From positions 512,001 through 576,000 of the forward strand of contig OY760183.1 of the NCBI GenBank assembly GCA_963663275.1: a stretch of 64,000 bases of DNA, written 5' to 3'. Of the stretch, positions 19,459-28,994 are shown piece after piece. The notes beneath the pieces are model-generated. The model did not search any database. It was not told where the DNA came from and saw only the letters and a list, made by a program, of their open reading frames with translations. The position numbers were made by a program, and so were the translations under genes. The DNA comes from Chloroflexota bacterium. GTDB taxonomy: Bacteria > Chloroflexota > UBA11872 > VXOZ01. Positions within the stretch are counted from its first letter, which is position 1, and every line of letters begins with the position of its first letter.

Positions 19459-20988
19459 CTAAACCTGCTTTGCGCCGGCCCAGCCGGTAACGACGTCATC
19501 GAAGACTTCCGTAATCTCTTCAGAAGGTCTGGCGGTAAGCAGCGTGACGGCCACGGCAATGGGAATGGTGAGGAAGAAGCCCGGCGTGGCCGGTTGGATG
19601 TCCATCACGCCGCCGGGGCCGCCGGAGAAGTAGCCCCAGATGGAGGCGATGACCGTGCCGGCAACCATCGAGGCCAGCGCGCCCCAGAAGTTGAAGCGCC
19701 GCCAGTAGAGCGCCAGCAGAATGAGCGGGCCGAAGGCCGAGCCCATGCCGCCCCAGGCATAGGAAACCAGGTTGTACACCGAATCGGGATTGAAGATGGA
19801 CAAGAGCGCCGCGATGAGGCCCACCACCACCAGCAGGAAGCGGCCCAACCAGACGCGGGCGAACGCGCCGAGCAGGAAGACGTAGCGTTTGGAATAAGCG
19901 TAGCGCCGGATGAGCGGCAGGTCGTCGGTAGCCATGGCCGAGGCCAGGAGCAGTTGCGAGTCCGCCGTGCTCATCACGGCGGCAATCACCGCCGACAGCA
20001 GCACGCCCGCTATGACCGGCGTGAAGAAGACGGTGGCGGCCACAAGATAGAGGCGCTCCGCGTCCGCCGTCACCTCTTCCATCCGGCCTACCTCGGCCAG
20101 GGCCGGCAAAGCCACCAGCCCCAGCAGCAGGCCGAACAAGAAGATCAGCAGCGTCCACAGCGTGCTGATGTCGCGGCTGGGCCCAATGGCCTCTTCGCTC
20201 GCCACCGCCATGAAGCGCTGCAAAATGCGCAGCGAGCCAAAGCCGCCCAGGCCCCAACCGGCCGCGGAGAGCAGGAACGTGACCGTGACACCGTCGCCGT
20301 TGATGTCGGTGAACGGATTCCAGAAGCCGGGGGCCACGTCCTCGAATCCCTGGAACGGCTCCGCGGTGATGAAGAGCAGCGTGACCGGCAAGATGATGAA
20401 GCCGGCCAGCATGATGAGCGCCTGGAAGACGTCGGTGCGGGAGACCGCCAGGAAACCGCCAATGAAGGTGTAGGAAGCGACGGCGACCAACGTCACCAGA
20501 ATGCCCACGATGCCGTCCAGGCCGAAAACCGTTTCCAGCAACTTGGAGCCGGCAATCAAACCGGAACTGATGTAGAAGATGATGAAGAACAGGGCAAGCA
20601 CGGCGGAAAGCGTGCGCAGCACGCCCCACTTGTCCCCAAAGCGCTTTGCGAAGAACTCCGGAAAAGTGAGCGAGTTCTCCGTGGCGATGGTGTAGCGGCG
20701 CAGCCGCTTCGCAAAAATTAACCAACTCAACCAGATGCCGAGCACAATGCCCAACACCGTCCAAAGCTCCACGGCCCCGTTCGTGAACGCCAAGGCCGGA
20801 AAGACGAGCATCGTCCACCCGCTGGTGACCGACGAACCGGAACTCAACGCCGAGGTAAGACTGCCCACCCGCCGGCCGGCCAGCACGTAGTCCGACATCT
20901 CCTTCATCTGGCGGCTGCGAAAGACGGCAATGCCAATCAGCGCCGCGAAATACGCCAGGAAGACGATGAGCACCCACGTGGTCAACAT
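19459..20988 (-). CDS. putP: Sodium:solute (proline-type) symporter
   Basis: DYVLAGR, ALSSGSSVTSGW, RLRRYT, YTFIGGFLAVSRTDVFQ, ILQRFMA, AAVMSTADSQLL and YAWGGMGSAFGP; many TM segments. Confidence 0.85.
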   Translation of the reverse strand: MLTTWVLIVFLAYFAALIGIAVFRSRQMKEMSDYVLAGRRVGSLTSALSSGSSVTSGWTMLVFPALAFTNGAVELWTVLGIVLGIWLSWLIFAKRLRRYTIATENSLTFPEFFAKRFGDKWGVLRTLSAVLALFFIIFYISSGLIAGSKLLETVFGLDGIVGILVTLVAVASYTFIGGFLAVSRTDVFQALIMLAGFIILPVTLLFITAEPFQGFEDVAPGFWNPFTDINGDGVTVTFLLSAAGWGLGGFGSLRILQRFMAVASEEAIGPSRDISTLWTLLIFLFGLLLGLVALPALAEVGRMEEVTADAERLYLVAATVFFTPVIAGVLLSAVIAAVMSTADSQLLLASAMATDDLPLIRRYAYSKRYVFLLGAFARVWLGRFLLVVVGLIAALLSIFNPDSVYNLVSYAWGGMGSAFGPLILLALYWRRFNFWGALASMVAGTVIASIWGYFSGGPGGVMDIQPATPGFFLTIPIAVAVTLLTARPSEEITEVFDDVVTGWAGAKQV

Positions 20989-21008
20989 GCGACGTACACC
21001 CCTCTTTC

Positions 21009-21065
21009 GGGCGGTTCGCGAAGCCGCCCCTACATCAGGCGGTTCGTGAAGCCGCCCCTACATCA
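21009..21065 (-). repeat. Two tandem GTAG-type REPs (GTAGGGGCGGCTTCRCGAACCGCC)
   Basis: 28-bp direct repeat with an internal palindrome. Confidence 0.8.
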
Positions 21066-21091
21066 ACGTAATCCGTAAATCCGTAGTGTAC

Positions 21092-21120
21092 AGATTACTC
21101 GCTGCGGCGGGTTGTGTCTA
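21092..21120 (-). promoter_or_regulatory. Putative sigma70 promoter of putP
   Basis: TAGACA-17 nt-TAATCT on the minus strand. Confidence 0.5.
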
Positions 21121-21328
21121 CCCTCTGAACGACCGCGCTCAAGGGCGCGGCGCCGGAAACGGACCGCGCGGCCCGCCGCGCCCGCGCCGTAACCCTCGTC
21201 TCCACCTCACGCCGGGCGGCAAGCGCGGTACGTACGCGCAAAGGCGCCGCGCCCGCGGCAATTGGGAAGAACACAACCCCTTGGCGCGCGTAGCAGGCCC
21301 CAACGATGCGCCCGGGCGCGCGTTATGA

Positions 21329-21360
21329 GAAAAGCAAACACCCGCCCAAGCGGCGGGTGT
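21329..21360 (-). terminator. Intrinsic terminator downstream of the Ntn hydrolase/small ORF pair
   Basis: ACACCCGCC/GCGGGTGT stem followed on the minus strand by TTGCTTTT. Confidence 0.65.
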
Positions 21361-21421
21361 CTCTCTTCGGCAAGCCCCACGGCATCCGCCGGGGCAGATA
21401 CCGCATAAACAGAGGCACGGG

Positions 21422-21610
21422 TCACTGCATACGCACGGGCTTGATCTTGCCCTCTACCTGTACAAGCCGCACTCTCACCTTCTCTTTAGCCACCGCCTTT
21501 TCCGGCTTTACAGTGTCACTGGAACTGCCACTGCGCCATCCATCACGGGGCAGCCGTTCCCTGTCCTTGACTTGTCTTTCTACGCCATTTCGGTCGCTGT
21601 CATACATCAT
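21422..21610 (-). CDS. Small basic hypothetical protein (~62 aa) coupled to the Ntn hydrolase
   Basis: ATGATGTATGA overlap with the upstream stop; followed by a terminator; no recognised family. Confidence 0.5.
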   Translation of the reverse strand: MMYDSDRNGVERQVKDRERLPRDGWRSGSSSDTVKPEKAVAKEKVRVRLVQVEGKIKPVRMQ

Positions 21611-22622
21611 CGCCAAATCCTGTGTGCCGATGCTGCAACTGCGGCTCATTCAGAACGTCGAAGCCTCCTCCTTTCGTCACTATAGCAACGTGAGTCCGTC
21701 CACCAACTGTTGCCACTCCGGGCGCAAACCTTGACTTGCCGGATTGAAGATTCACCAAGAACGCAACAAAGTCTATCGCACTCTGCAACGGCAAGTTCCC
21801 ATAGGAAAACTCAACCTTCATGTCGTCCCATGGAGGACTCACCTCCAGTTTCAATGGTAACACAGTATCAACACCAGAAGGCAACGTGGCGCCAAGTTGA
21901 GCAAGCACGTCGTCGAGAATCTTCGCCATTGCGCCTGTCATCTGCTGATAGTGCTCGTCAATCATCTGCTCGAGATAACGCTCAATCGCCATTCTCAAAG
22001 TGCTGTCATAGCCTCGTATCAACCGCTCAATGCCATCTGCCTGACCATCCCATGCAATACCGAAACTACCTTTGGTCAATTGCTCGTAAACCTTGTTGGC
22101 GCGAACGTCCACACGAAATACTGACGGCAGTTCGTCCATAGCGCCATAGCCCCCAATGAGAAAGTGCGGACCGTCCCAGTATTCTTCTGGAAGCGATGAG
22201 TCCTTGTAGTGTTCCGTGAATTGCTTCCTCATGAACCGTAAGAATTCGTTGGAGATAGTCTGGACATTGACTAAGGGCTTTTGTTTCTGCTTTTGCTGGC
22301 CAAGAAACTCCTCACTGTAGCTCTTCATCGTCCTATTGTTGAGTCGTGCGACGCCCGCTGTTACCGCAGCCACAGAGGCGCTCCCCTCGTAGAGTTGGAA
22401 CAGCTTTGTAACTCCCGCCCATGCATTAGTGACCACCGGCCGAATTCTAGACGGGTCAAGTGCAACGAGCTTGTGACCATCGCTGCTCTGTAGGGGGTTA
22501 CCTTCTTCGTCCTCGACACCGTCCAACTCGAAAGGATCGATTACATATTCAACACTGCTGGCAATGCTATCACAGCCAAGTACCAGGCCTTCGCTGGTAG
22601 CGAGCGCGATGTTTATAGTCAT
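21600..22622 (-). CDS. Proteasome-beta-like Ntn hydrolase (N-terminal Thr)
   Basis: ATG 22622 gives M-TINIALATSEGLVLGCDS (Thr1 and Asp17 spacing as in 20S beta/HslV/Anbu); TKLFQL, VTAG, LIGGYG and C-terminal TVGG; lower GC than flanks. Confidence 0.75.
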   Translation of the reverse strand: MTINIALATSEGLVLGCDSIASSVEYVIDPFELDGVEDEEGNPLQSSDGHKLVALDPSRIRPVVTNAWAGVTKLFQLYEGSASVAAVTAGVARLNNRTMKSYSEEFLGQQKQKQKPLVNVQTISNEFLRFMRKQFTEHYKDSSLPEEYWDGPHFLIGGYGAMDELPSVFRVDVRANKVYEQLTKGSFGIAWDGQADGIERLIRGYDSTLRMAIERYLEQMIDEHYQQMTGAMAKILDDVLAQLGATLPSGVDTVLPLKLEVSPPWDDMKVEFSYGNLPLQSAIDFVAFLVNLQSGKSRFAPGVATVGGRTHVAIVTKGGGFDVLNEPQLQHRHTGFGDDV

Positions 22623-22889
22623 GCGTTGCTCCGATACAGTCCGAATCAGCCCAATGAAGCAAGTATACAACTACGCTAGCTGAAAATGAACGCATCACCC
22701 TAGGTCAGCGTTCTTGACCCCTCTAAAGGTTTACAACGCACAAACGGGAAAAGGCTCACACCTATGCGAACTCACAGAGCAGCGACATGTGTCAAGTCTA
22801 GTATCCCAAGACCATAGGCACGAAACTGGTATACTCCTCTCATGAACTTGGACAGTCGCTCTTTCCGTCACCCAGGAGGTTAGTCCACC

Positions 22890-24635
22890 GTGGGCATGCT
22901 CGTTCTCACCCAGCCGGGTAACCGCGCGAACACCTATGGGCCGTACACGGCCGCCGTGTTGAAAGCGGAGGGTTTCGCGGACTTCAACACGCGGCCCATC
23001 GGACAAGAGGCGTTGGCGGGGCTGGAATCCTACGACGCGGTGATTCTCACGCCCAGCCTGCCGCGCCGCGCCGACATCCAGCGCATCGTCAGCTACGTCA
23101 AGACCGGCGGCCGCCTCATCGCGCTGCGCCCCTCGCGGTTGTTGGCGCTGGAACTGGGCCTCGCGCCCACGGACACCGTGGCCTATCCGGCCTACGCGCG
23201 GCCGCTGCCGGGCAATCCCATCAGCAACGGCGTGCCGCATGAGTCGATCCAGACCCACGTGCCCGCCGACAACTACGAGCCGTTGCAACTCCCTGAAAGC
23301 GCGCGCGAGATCGCCAGGATCTACGTCGACGCCGACGTTGAAACCTCCTATGCCGCCGTTCTCCACTTCCCCTTGGGCCGGGGGCAGGTAGTGGCGTTCG
23401 GCTACGACCTGCCGCAGGCCGTGGCGCTCATTCGCCAGGGCAATCCCATCCATTTCGGCTCGCGCACCCTGGGGTTTGGCGGGCCGTACCGTCCCAACGA
23501 GTTCTTCAGCAGCCACCTGGATCCGCGCCGGATGCATCTGCCGCAGGCCGACGTGCACGCCATGCTGCTCGGCAACGCGATCAACACCATTGCCAAGAAC
23601 CCGCAGCCCCGCCTCTGGTACTACGATTCTCCCGAAACCAAGAGCATGGTGGTCCTGGATTCCGACGACGACTACTCGCCGCTGGAAGCGTTCGAGGCGC
23701 TCATGAACGCGGCGGAAGCCCACAACGGCCACGTCACCATCTACCTCATGCTCGGCCCTTCCAAGTACACCATCGCCACGCCGGAGCGGGTGGAAGGCTG
23801 GCGCGCCCGGGGCCACTCCTTCGGCATCCACCACAACGCCTTCGATCCCCAGTACGTCAACGAAGAGCAGGACGCCGTGATGGAAGAGATCGTGCGGCGC
23901 GACACCGACTACTTCCGGGAGCACTACGGCGGCGAAACCGTCATCGCCAACCGCAATCACTGCCTGGGCTGGAAAGGCTACGTGGACTTGCCCCGCATCT
24001 ACGCGGACGTGGGCGTGGTGCTGGATACCAACGTGCTCAGCATTCACGACCAGTGGCTCCAGTACACCACCGGCTCCGGGCATCCCGGCAAGTTCGTGGA
24101 TACCGACGGCGAGATCATCGAGGTGTTCGGGCAACTCACCCAGGCCTACGACGACGCCTCGGTGAAGGCCAAGCTCTCGTCGGACCCGGTGGGCGAGGCC
24201 AAGCGCACGCGCCAGGTGATGGTGGATAAGAAGGAGCGCTACTTCAGTCCGCTCACCATGCTTTCGCATCCGGTTTCGTTCTATACCTACAGCGGCGCGT
24301 ACATGAACCAGTGCTGGGACAACGCCAACGAACTCGGCCTGCCGATCTGGAGCGCGTTCGAGTGGGCGGCGTTCGTGCGCGCCCGCGACCGGGCGCAGGT
24401 TTCGCAGAGCGCCTGGGAAGACAGCGGTTTCTCCTGCACGGTCTCCGGCAGTTCGCCCAGCGGCAGCTTTACGCTGATGGTGCCGCTGCAAAACGGCGAG
24501 ACGCCCCGCGCCACCGTGGACGGCGAACCGGTGGACGTGACGCTGCAAGAGGCCTACGGCTGGACCTATGCCCTGGCCCCGGTGCCCATCAGCAACAACG
24601 GCGCCGAAACGCGGCACGTAGCCCTGCAAACGTGA
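22890..24635 (+). CDS. Hypothetical protein: GATase-like N-domain plus polysaccharide-deacetylase-like barrel
   Basis: AGGAGG RBS; YVKTGGRLIALRP, GRGQVVAFGYDL, LDSDDD, GHSFGIHH, NRNHCLGW and LSHP. Confidence 0.65.
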   Translation: MGMLVLTQPGNRANTYGPYTAAVLKAEGFADFNTRPIGQEALAGLESYDAVILTPSLPRRADIQRIVSYVKTGGRLIALRPSRLLALELGLAPTDTVAYPAYARPLPGNPISNGVPHESIQTHVPADNYEPLQLPESAREIARIYVDADVETSYAAVLHFPLGRGQVVAFGYDLPQAVALIRQGNPIHFGSRTLGFGGPYRPNEFFSSHLDPRRMHLPQADVHAMLLGNAINTIAKNPQPRLWYYDSPETKSMVVLDSDDDYSPLEAFEALMNAAEAHNGHVTIYLMLGPSKYTIATPERVEGWRARGHSFGIHHNAFDPQYVNEEQDAVMEEIVRRDTDYFREHYGGETVIANRNHCLGWKGYVDLPRIYADVGVVLDTNVLSIHDQWLQYTTGSGHPGKFVDTDGEIIEVFGQLTQAYDDASVKAKLSSDPVGEAKRTRQVMVDKKERYFSPLTMLSHPVSFYTYSGAYMNQCWDNANELGLPIWSAFEWAAFVRARDRAQVSQSAWEDSGFSCTVSGSSPSGSFTLMVPLQNGETPRATVDGEPVDVTLQEAYGWTYALAPVPISNNGAETRHVALQT

Positions 24636-24712
24636 TAGACTTTGCAATGCAAGCCGCGCCGACAGTGCACGTATGTTTGCCGAACTGAACGGAGTAGTGA
24701 GGAGATTTCCCA

Positions 24713-25930
24713 ATGGAATTGACCGGAGAAGAACGAGACCTGCTGCAGAACGCCAAACGCCAGTTTCCGTTTCCCATCCTGGGCGGCTGGTACACGGAAG
24801 CCGAAGTAGACGCCATCAACGCCAGCCTGCGCGAGAGCATGGACTGGACAATCGGCTTTCACGGCCCGGAGATTACGCAGTTCGAGCAAGCGTTCGCCGA
24901 GTACTGCGACGTGAAGCACGCGCTGGCGGTGAATTCCTGCGGCACCGGCCTGGACGCGGCCATTCACGCCCTGCAACTCGGCCCGGAAGACGAGGTAATC
25001 GTGCCGGGCATCACGTTCAAGGCCACGTCGCTCTGCGTGCTCGGCGTGGGCGCCAAGGTGGTGCTGGCGGAGATCGATCCGGCCACGTTCAACATCGACC
25101 CCAACGACGTGGAACGCCGCATGACGCCCAATACCCGCGCAATCCTGGCCGTGCACAACAATGGCCTCTCCGCCGACGTGGACGCGCTGGAAGACATCGC
25201 CCAGCGGCATCCGCATCCCGTCCACGGCCCGCCGCCGGTGCTCTGCGACGCGGCCCGCGCCGTCGGCGCGGGCTACAAGGGCACCAAGGTCGGCAAGAAA
25301 GGCGCCATGAACATCTTCAGCTTCCAGACCAGCAAGAACATGACGACGCTGGGCGAGGGCGGCATGGTCACCACGGACGATGACGACTACGCCAATTTCG
25401 TGAACAGCATGCGCTCGTTTGGCAGCGCGCTGGACGGCTGGGGCACCAACTTCCGCATGACCAAACTGCAAGCGGTGGCCGGTTCCATTCAGGTCACGCG
25501 CCTGGACGAGATGAACGACGCCCGCCGCCAGCGCGTGGCCGATTTCGTCGAACTGATCGAGGACATCCCCGGCCTCATCCTGCCCATCGAACCGGAGGGC
25601 TACCACCACGTGTGGTACGGCTATACGCTTATGCTCGACGAGGAATGGGCCGGCGATCCGCGCGACAAGATGGCCGACCGCCTCATCGGCGAGCACGGCG
25701 TCGGCACCTGGATCATGAACGCCTCCTTGCCGGACTACGTCGGCTACATGGTGCGGCTGGGCCACAGTCCGGAAGACGTGCCGGTCTCCACCGACGCCGG
25801 CCGCCGCCTCTTCTGCCCGGCGATCCATCCGCTGATGACCGACGAAGACCTGCGCTACGTGGCCGCGGCCATCAAGGAGAGCATGAACACCGTGGCGGCG
25901 GACATGCGCCTGCCGGTGGCGGTGGGATAG
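24713..25930 (+). CDS. DegT/DnrJ/EryC1/StrS sugar aminotransferase
   Basis: FEQAFAEY, VNSCGTGL, EVIVPGITF, DAARAVG, FSFQTSKNMTTLGEGGM and GTNFRMT. Confidence 0.92.
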   Translation: MELTGEERDLLQNAKRQFPFPILGGWYTEAEVDAINASLRESMDWTIGFHGPEITQFEQAFAEYCDVKHALAVNSCGTGLDAAIHALQLGPEDEVIVPGITFKATSLCVLGVGAKVVLAEIDPATFNIDPNDVERRMTPNTRAILAVHNNGLSADVDALEDIAQRHPHPVHGPPPVLCDAARAVGAGYKGTKVGKKGAMNIFSFQTSKNMTTLGEGGMVTTDDDDYANFVNSMRSFGSALDGWGTNFRMTKLQAVAGSIQVTRLDEMNDARRQRVADFVELIEDIPGLILPIEPEGYHHVWYGYTLMLDEEWAGDPRDKMADRLIGEHGVGTWIMNASLPDYVGYMVRLGHSPEDVPVSTDAGRRLFCPAIHPLMTDEDLRYVAAAIKESMNTVAADMRLPVAVG

Positions 25931-26143
25931 GACTGGCAGCATCCGACTTGCGACGAATTGCGGGCAGCCTGTGGTAGGAGACTTGCAAGCGACGCCAGCC
26001 TCAGAGCGCCGGGCGTGCCCGGTGGCGCGGAACGACTGCGCGTGTGTTGCGGTGTAGACGCCGTGGGCATTGAAACATGCGGTTGAGCGGCCGGTTGGAT
26101 TGGCATCGCCGCGCGTTGGCGCGGCCTGCGTGGAGTCAGGCGG

Positions 26144-26569
26144 ATGCTCCTCAGATTTCTCAATCGGCTCTTCTCTTCGTCCAACGACAGTGTCGATTTG
26201 CGGCAGTCACAGGCGCGTCCGCGGGACGGCCAAGTCCTTGACGACAGTGCTTGGCCTGGCGAGCAGGATGATCTTGAGGGCTTATGGAACGACGAGGAGG
26301 AAGATGACGCCGGCGAAAACGTGCTTGGATTCGGAGAAGAGAGTGATTGGGACGAGTATGGAGACGAGATTGCAAGCGCAGCGGCGTTTGCATCCTGGCA
26401 AGAAGAGCCTGGAAATAGCCGGGATTGGGATGAGGATGAAGCGGACTTGGCGGCAGAGGTAGAAGAGCCTCACCTGTACGCTGATCGCTGGGAAGACTGG
26501 GCGGCAGTGGATGAAGTAGAGGACGATGCGTCCTATCAGTGGAGTGAGGATGAAGAGGAAGAGTATTGA
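26144..26569 (+). CDS. Very acidic Trp-studded hypothetical protein (141 aa)
   Basis: GGAG RBS; 48 D/E, 8 W and no K by manual count; lower-GC segment. Confidence 0.6.
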   Translation: MLLRFLNRLFSSSNDSVDLRQSQARPRDGQVLDDSAWPGEQDDLEGLWNDEEEDDAGENVLGFGEESDWDEYGDEIASAAAFASWQEEPGNSRDWDEDEADLAAEVEEPHLYADRWEDWAAVDEVEDDASYQWSEDEEEEY

Positions 26570-26699
26570 GGTGTCTACTTCCAAGATAGGGGCTTAGCGC
26601 GGTTTCGCTCCTGCTAATCCGCTCCTAGTGAGCGCGAGCAAGCGCGATGCTTGACCTGAAATTTGGTTGTGTCGTAGTCGCATAAGGATGTGAGCCGGT

Positions 26700-27812
26700 A
26701 TGAAGAAAGCAATCGTTCACCCGCTGCGGTTCGTGGTCGGGCCGGGAGTGGTTAGCGACGTGGGCGCTCATGCCGCGGCGCTGGGCAGCAAGGCGCTCAT
26801 CGTCGGCGGCGGCCGGGCCGTTGCCGCCATACAGGATACCGTCACCGGCGCGCTCGACCAGCACGGCATCCCGTACCACGTCGAGCACGGCAAGCACGTC
26901 GATAAGAACCGGCCGGCCGTGGACGCGCTGGTGGCCAAGGGCAAAGAGCTTGGCGCCGACGTGGTCATCGGCGCGGGCGGCGGGCGCGTGGTAGACGCGG
27001 CCAAGGCCATCGCCCACGAGATGGGCGCGTGGCTCATCAGCCTGCCCACCGTTGCTTCCACCAACGCCACCGCCACCTTCAGCGCCAGCATCGAAGGCGA
27101 CGCCGACCGCAACGTCTGGTACGTCGGCCCCCATACCGTCATCGCCGACACCCGCGTCATCGCCCAGGGCGGCGGCCGCTGGCTGGCGGCCGGCATGGCC
27201 GACGCCCTGCCCACCTGGACCGGCGGCCGCATCGCCCGCGAACTGCGCCAGCGCAGCGGCACCGAGCGCATGCTCGGCTTCGACAACGTCTTTCCCACCG
27301 GCGCGGCCATCGCCATCGCGGAGTGGACCTACGATACGATTCTCGGTTACGGCGAATCGGCCTACCACGCCTGCGAGCGCGGCGTGGCCACGGAAGCGGT
27401 GGACAAGGTGGTGGAAGCGATCGTCTACGGCGGCGGCGTGGCCGGCCCGGCCTGCGGCGTGGTGGGCGGCGAGCACGGGCTGCACCCCGGCAACTCCAAG
27501 CACGCCAGCATCGAGGGCGTGCACGGCGAGCAGGTGGCGTTCGGCATTCTCATTTCGGTCGCGCTCATGCAGCAAGGGGAAGCCGAGGTGCGCAAGCTGA
27601 TCCGCTTCAACCAGTCGGTCAACCTGCCTTCCACGTTCGCCGACTTCGGCGTGCAGAACGCCAACCGCGGCCTGGTGCGCGAGATTGCCGAGGAAATCCT
27701 GGGCCCGGGCGGCAAAAGCACCTTCGGCCTCTGGTACGAGGTGGACGTGGACCTGCTCACCGACGTAATGGTGGACGTAGACCGCATGGCGCAGGAGGAA
27801 CAAGGCCGGTAG
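26700..27812 (+). CDS. Glycerol dehydrogenase/G1PDH-like metal-dependent alcohol dehydrogenase
   Basis: GAGGGRVVDAAK, PTVAS, AGMADAL, GEHGLH and HGEQVAFG. Confidence 0.85.
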   Translation: MKKAIVHPLRFVVGPGVVSDVGAHAAALGSKALIVGGGRAVAAIQDTVTGALDQHGIPYHVEHGKHVDKNRPAVDALVAKGKELGADVVIGAGGGRVVDAAKAIAHEMGAWLISLPTVASTNATATFSASIEGDADRNVWYVGPHTVIADTRVIAQGGGRWLAAGMADALPTWTGGRIARELRQRSGTERMLGFDNVFPTGAAIAIAEWTYDTILGYGESAYHACERGVATEAVDKVVEAIVYGGGVAGPACGVVGGEHGLHPGNSKHASIEGVHGEQVAFGILISVALMQQGEAEVRKLIRFNQSVNLPSTFADFGVQNANRGLVREIAEEILGPGGKSTFGLWYEVDVDLLTDVMVDVDRMAQEEQGR

Positions 27813-28073
27813 CGTTTGTTCCCGACTATAGAGACTTGGCGGCAGATCGGAAAACACGCGCGCCGGTTCGGTCCCTGTAGCGCGGGGTCTTGTGCCCCGC
27901 TACCATTGGAGACGTAGCGCGGGGGCTTGCCCCTCGCCGCTGTCGGGGACGTAGCGCGGGGGCTTGTCCCCCGCCGGAGCAGGAAAGCAGGAGCGAGGAC
28001 TGCATCCAGTGCGATGCGCCCGCTGGCATCTGAATGATTGACGATCGCAGAAGTACGCAAAGGATCGAGACCA

Positions 28074-28958
28074 ATGGCCGCTAAACCGCTCTACGTCATC
28101 TTCACGCAGGACTGCGAACAGCTCATGGACGATTCGCTGCACGGCGGGCCGGAGGTCTGGAGCATCAGCGAGCGGTCGGTCACGGGCTTTGCCGACACGT
28201 TGGAGGGGTACGGCCTGAGCGCCACGTTCTTCATCGTGGCTCAGACCGCGGCGGCGCAACCCGCGCTCTACCACGACCTGGAAGAACGCGGCTTCGAGAT
28301 CGGCCTGCACATCCATCCGCAGGACACCGGGCTTGGCTACACCGACTATCTCGGCGGGCATACGTTCGAAGAACAGGTGCAGATGTTCGACACGGTAGCC
28401 GACCAGTGGGCCGACGCCATCGGCAAGCGCCCGACCACCTTCCGGGGCGGCAATTTCTCCGCCAACGACCAGACCTATCCCGCGCTCGTCGCCACCGGCT
28501 TTACCCACGGCAGCGTCTCCTCGCCGGGCCGCCAGTACGACATGGCCAAGGCCATCTGGCAATGCGCCGTGCCCTACGCCCATTACGCCCACAAGGCCAA
28601 CCGCCTCTTTCCCGGCGACCTGGACTTCTACGAAATCCCGCTCACGTGCGACCAGGTGCGGCGGCGCGCCCCGCATCTGCCCATGGAACTGCGCATCGAG
28701 GGCGGCGACGGCGAGACCCACCGGCAGACCATCCGCCAGGCCTGGGCGGACATGGCGGATTACCCCGACGACGCTCCCAGGATCATCATGCCGTTCACCC
28801 ACAACACGCACTTCTACGATGACACTAACGGCGAGAAACGGCAGGCGCTCGACGCGATCGTGGATGAAATCAACAGCATTGCCGGCGAAGAGGGCTACAC
28901 AGTCGTCGGCGGCACCATCGGCAGCGTCTACGCGGCGGTAGAAGGGGTCCGCAATTAA
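28074..28958 (+). CDS. Polysaccharide deacetylase family protein
   Basis: FTQDCE, ATFFI, FEIGLHIHP, FRGGNF, EIP and FTHN. Confidence 0.8.
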   Translation: MAAKPLYVIFTQDCEQLMDDSLHGGPEVWSISERSVTGFADTLEGYGLSATFFIVAQTAAAQPALYHDLEERGFEIGLHIHPQDTGLGYTDYLGGHTFEEQVQMFDTVADQWADAIGKRPTTFRGGNFSANDQTYPALVATGFTHGSVSSPGRQYDMAKAIWQCAVPYAHYAHKANRLFPGDLDFYEIPLTCDQVRRRAPHLPMELRIEGGDGETHRQTIRQAWADMADYPDDAPRIIMPFTHNTHFYDDTNGEKRQALDAIVDEINSIAGEEGYTVVGGTIGSVYAAVEGVRN

Positions 28959-28994
28959 GCGGCATCAGTCTGTAGCACACAGGAGGAATCTCCC

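Noticed and set aside
21086-21328. 80-aa + strand ORF
   Set aside because: No RBS, GC-driven composition, and it overlaps the putP promoter and the hairpin region.
21600-22622. Calling the Ntn protein the missing prcB of the Pup-like operon
   Set aside because: No propeptide, no alpha subunit, large inserts and different base composition; not supportable as canonical PrcB.
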